Positions 62,701-64,000 of a stretch of DNA of 64,000 nt are shown here, piece by piece. The stretch is from NCBI RefSeq assembly GCF_009834535.1, contig NC_045696.1, positions 99,202,001 through 99,266,000 of the forward strand, written 5' to 3'. Numbering within the stretch: position 1 is the first letter of the stretch; every line of letters begins with the position of its first letter. Made by a program: the position numbers and the translations under genes. The notes beneath the pieces were generated by a model, which saw only the letters and a list, made by a program, of their open reading frames with translations, had not been told where the DNA came from and did no database searches. This DNA comes from Camelus ferus. Taxonomy: Eukaryota.

Positions 62701-64000
62701 GAGAGAGAGAGAGAGAGCGCAAGAGAGAAAGGGAGTGCAGAGCCAGAAAGAGAAGATTTTAAAGGATGGCTGAACTGCTACAAGCCTGTATTCAGGTCTA
62801 TTACGACCTTGTCAGCCAACTCGGCTCCAAGCATAAACGTGAGGCGTTCACTGGGTGGAGAGCAGGAGGGGGACTCCGATTCCCTCTTGGAGCAGGGACT
62901 TCAGAGTTTAGCCTTTGCCCCTTTGTAAAATATACATCAGGAATAAAACGACGGCCCATTAAAGGCCACAATCAGAACCTATAAAAATGTTGGGAGCGAC
63001 TTCAAAATATTTTCAAACACTACTTTTTTAATACACAACGGAGAGTTATTAAGCGGCTTCTTGGTGAAGGGAGCATGGCTTCCGCAATCATCAAAAATTG
63101 ATATGTATCGCTAGTAAAGTAATTATGCGCCATCCTGAGGATAAGGGAGCCGGCAATTGTTAATCCACTTGCACACCCGTTGACTTGCAACATCAAGCTG
63201 CAAATAGCTTAATTAAGTCATACACGTGGACTATAACCATATTGTTCCATTGCATTATGCACACTATATCTCAATTTATTGGGACAATTAATGCAAGAGC
63301 TCCACCTCAGGCAGGCGGGAAAATCATCCACCTTGCACCCAAGTTCCTTTCATTGATACTTGCCCAACACAGAGAGCCAAGAACAAGTGAGAATTAAGAG
63401 ACTGAGACAGAGATGTCAGGTTAGGAGTAGGGGTGGAATTTGTCAAGAGCAAATGTTGGCCCAGCAGAATTGTCCAAATGGAGTACCCTAAAAGCTGAGG
63501 CTAAGTGAGTGTCTTGGACAGACTACAATTCATCTCCTCTGAGCTGGACACGTATCTAAGTGAGCAGAGTCCCCAGCAGTTTACTTATTAATTGTAAAGC
63601 GCAAAGCAAAGCCTACTCATTAATCATAAGAAATCTTCAGCCCAGAAGGTCAGGGGTCTGTTAGGAGAGCGATGTAAATCAACTCCACCCCACCCCCCAC
63701 AAACATCTATTGGTCACAGGCAGTTTGTTTTTCTGAGTTAAAACCACAGAAATCCTCAGCATAAAGCCAATAGATTTCCCCCCACGTCCAAGAAGCCTAA
63801 ACCCAAACTTCATTTCTGAATTTCCTCTCTCTCCCACCACCATTCTTGAAGGTGTAAATATTTGAGGTGATGCACAGCTGGAAACGCTGACACCCTCCTG
63901 GAAAGTATCCTTGGCAACAGGAGGAATGGAGAGGAGGGAGACGACTTCGCCCCAGGCCAGGGACTCTTGACTCAGCTTCCCCCACATGTTCAAAAGAGTC

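Overview
Eutherian (apparently non-human) genomic DNA containing the head-to-head ZIC1/ZIC4 zinc-finger gene pair. ZIC1 is on the minus strand: three coding exons (28043-27062, 25633-25470, 24771-24574), 1344 nt, 447 aa. ZIC4 is on the plus strand: a probable non-coding exon 1 (~31583-31763), coding exons 35407-35476, 41379-41996 and 46540-46861, and a stop codon TG|A completed by the first base of the last exon (48936), giving 336 aa. The first ~11.5 kb is rich in ancient repeats (L2, L1M, MER, LTR16-like). The rest is almost transposon-free, with many CpG islands and motif-dense enhancer-like blocks. The most interesting signal is that both ends of ZIC4 appear trimmed by splice sites recruited from inside ancestral coding sequence. 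Upstream, a His-rich Zic4-like N-terminus lies in intron 2, in frame with the zinc-finger exon and separated from it by a single TGA, behind its own promoter-like element. Downstream, an EWYVCQ plus 12-alanine tail lies in frame in the last intron. Repeat family names, TF motifs and cross-species comparisons come from visual recognition and memory, not searches.
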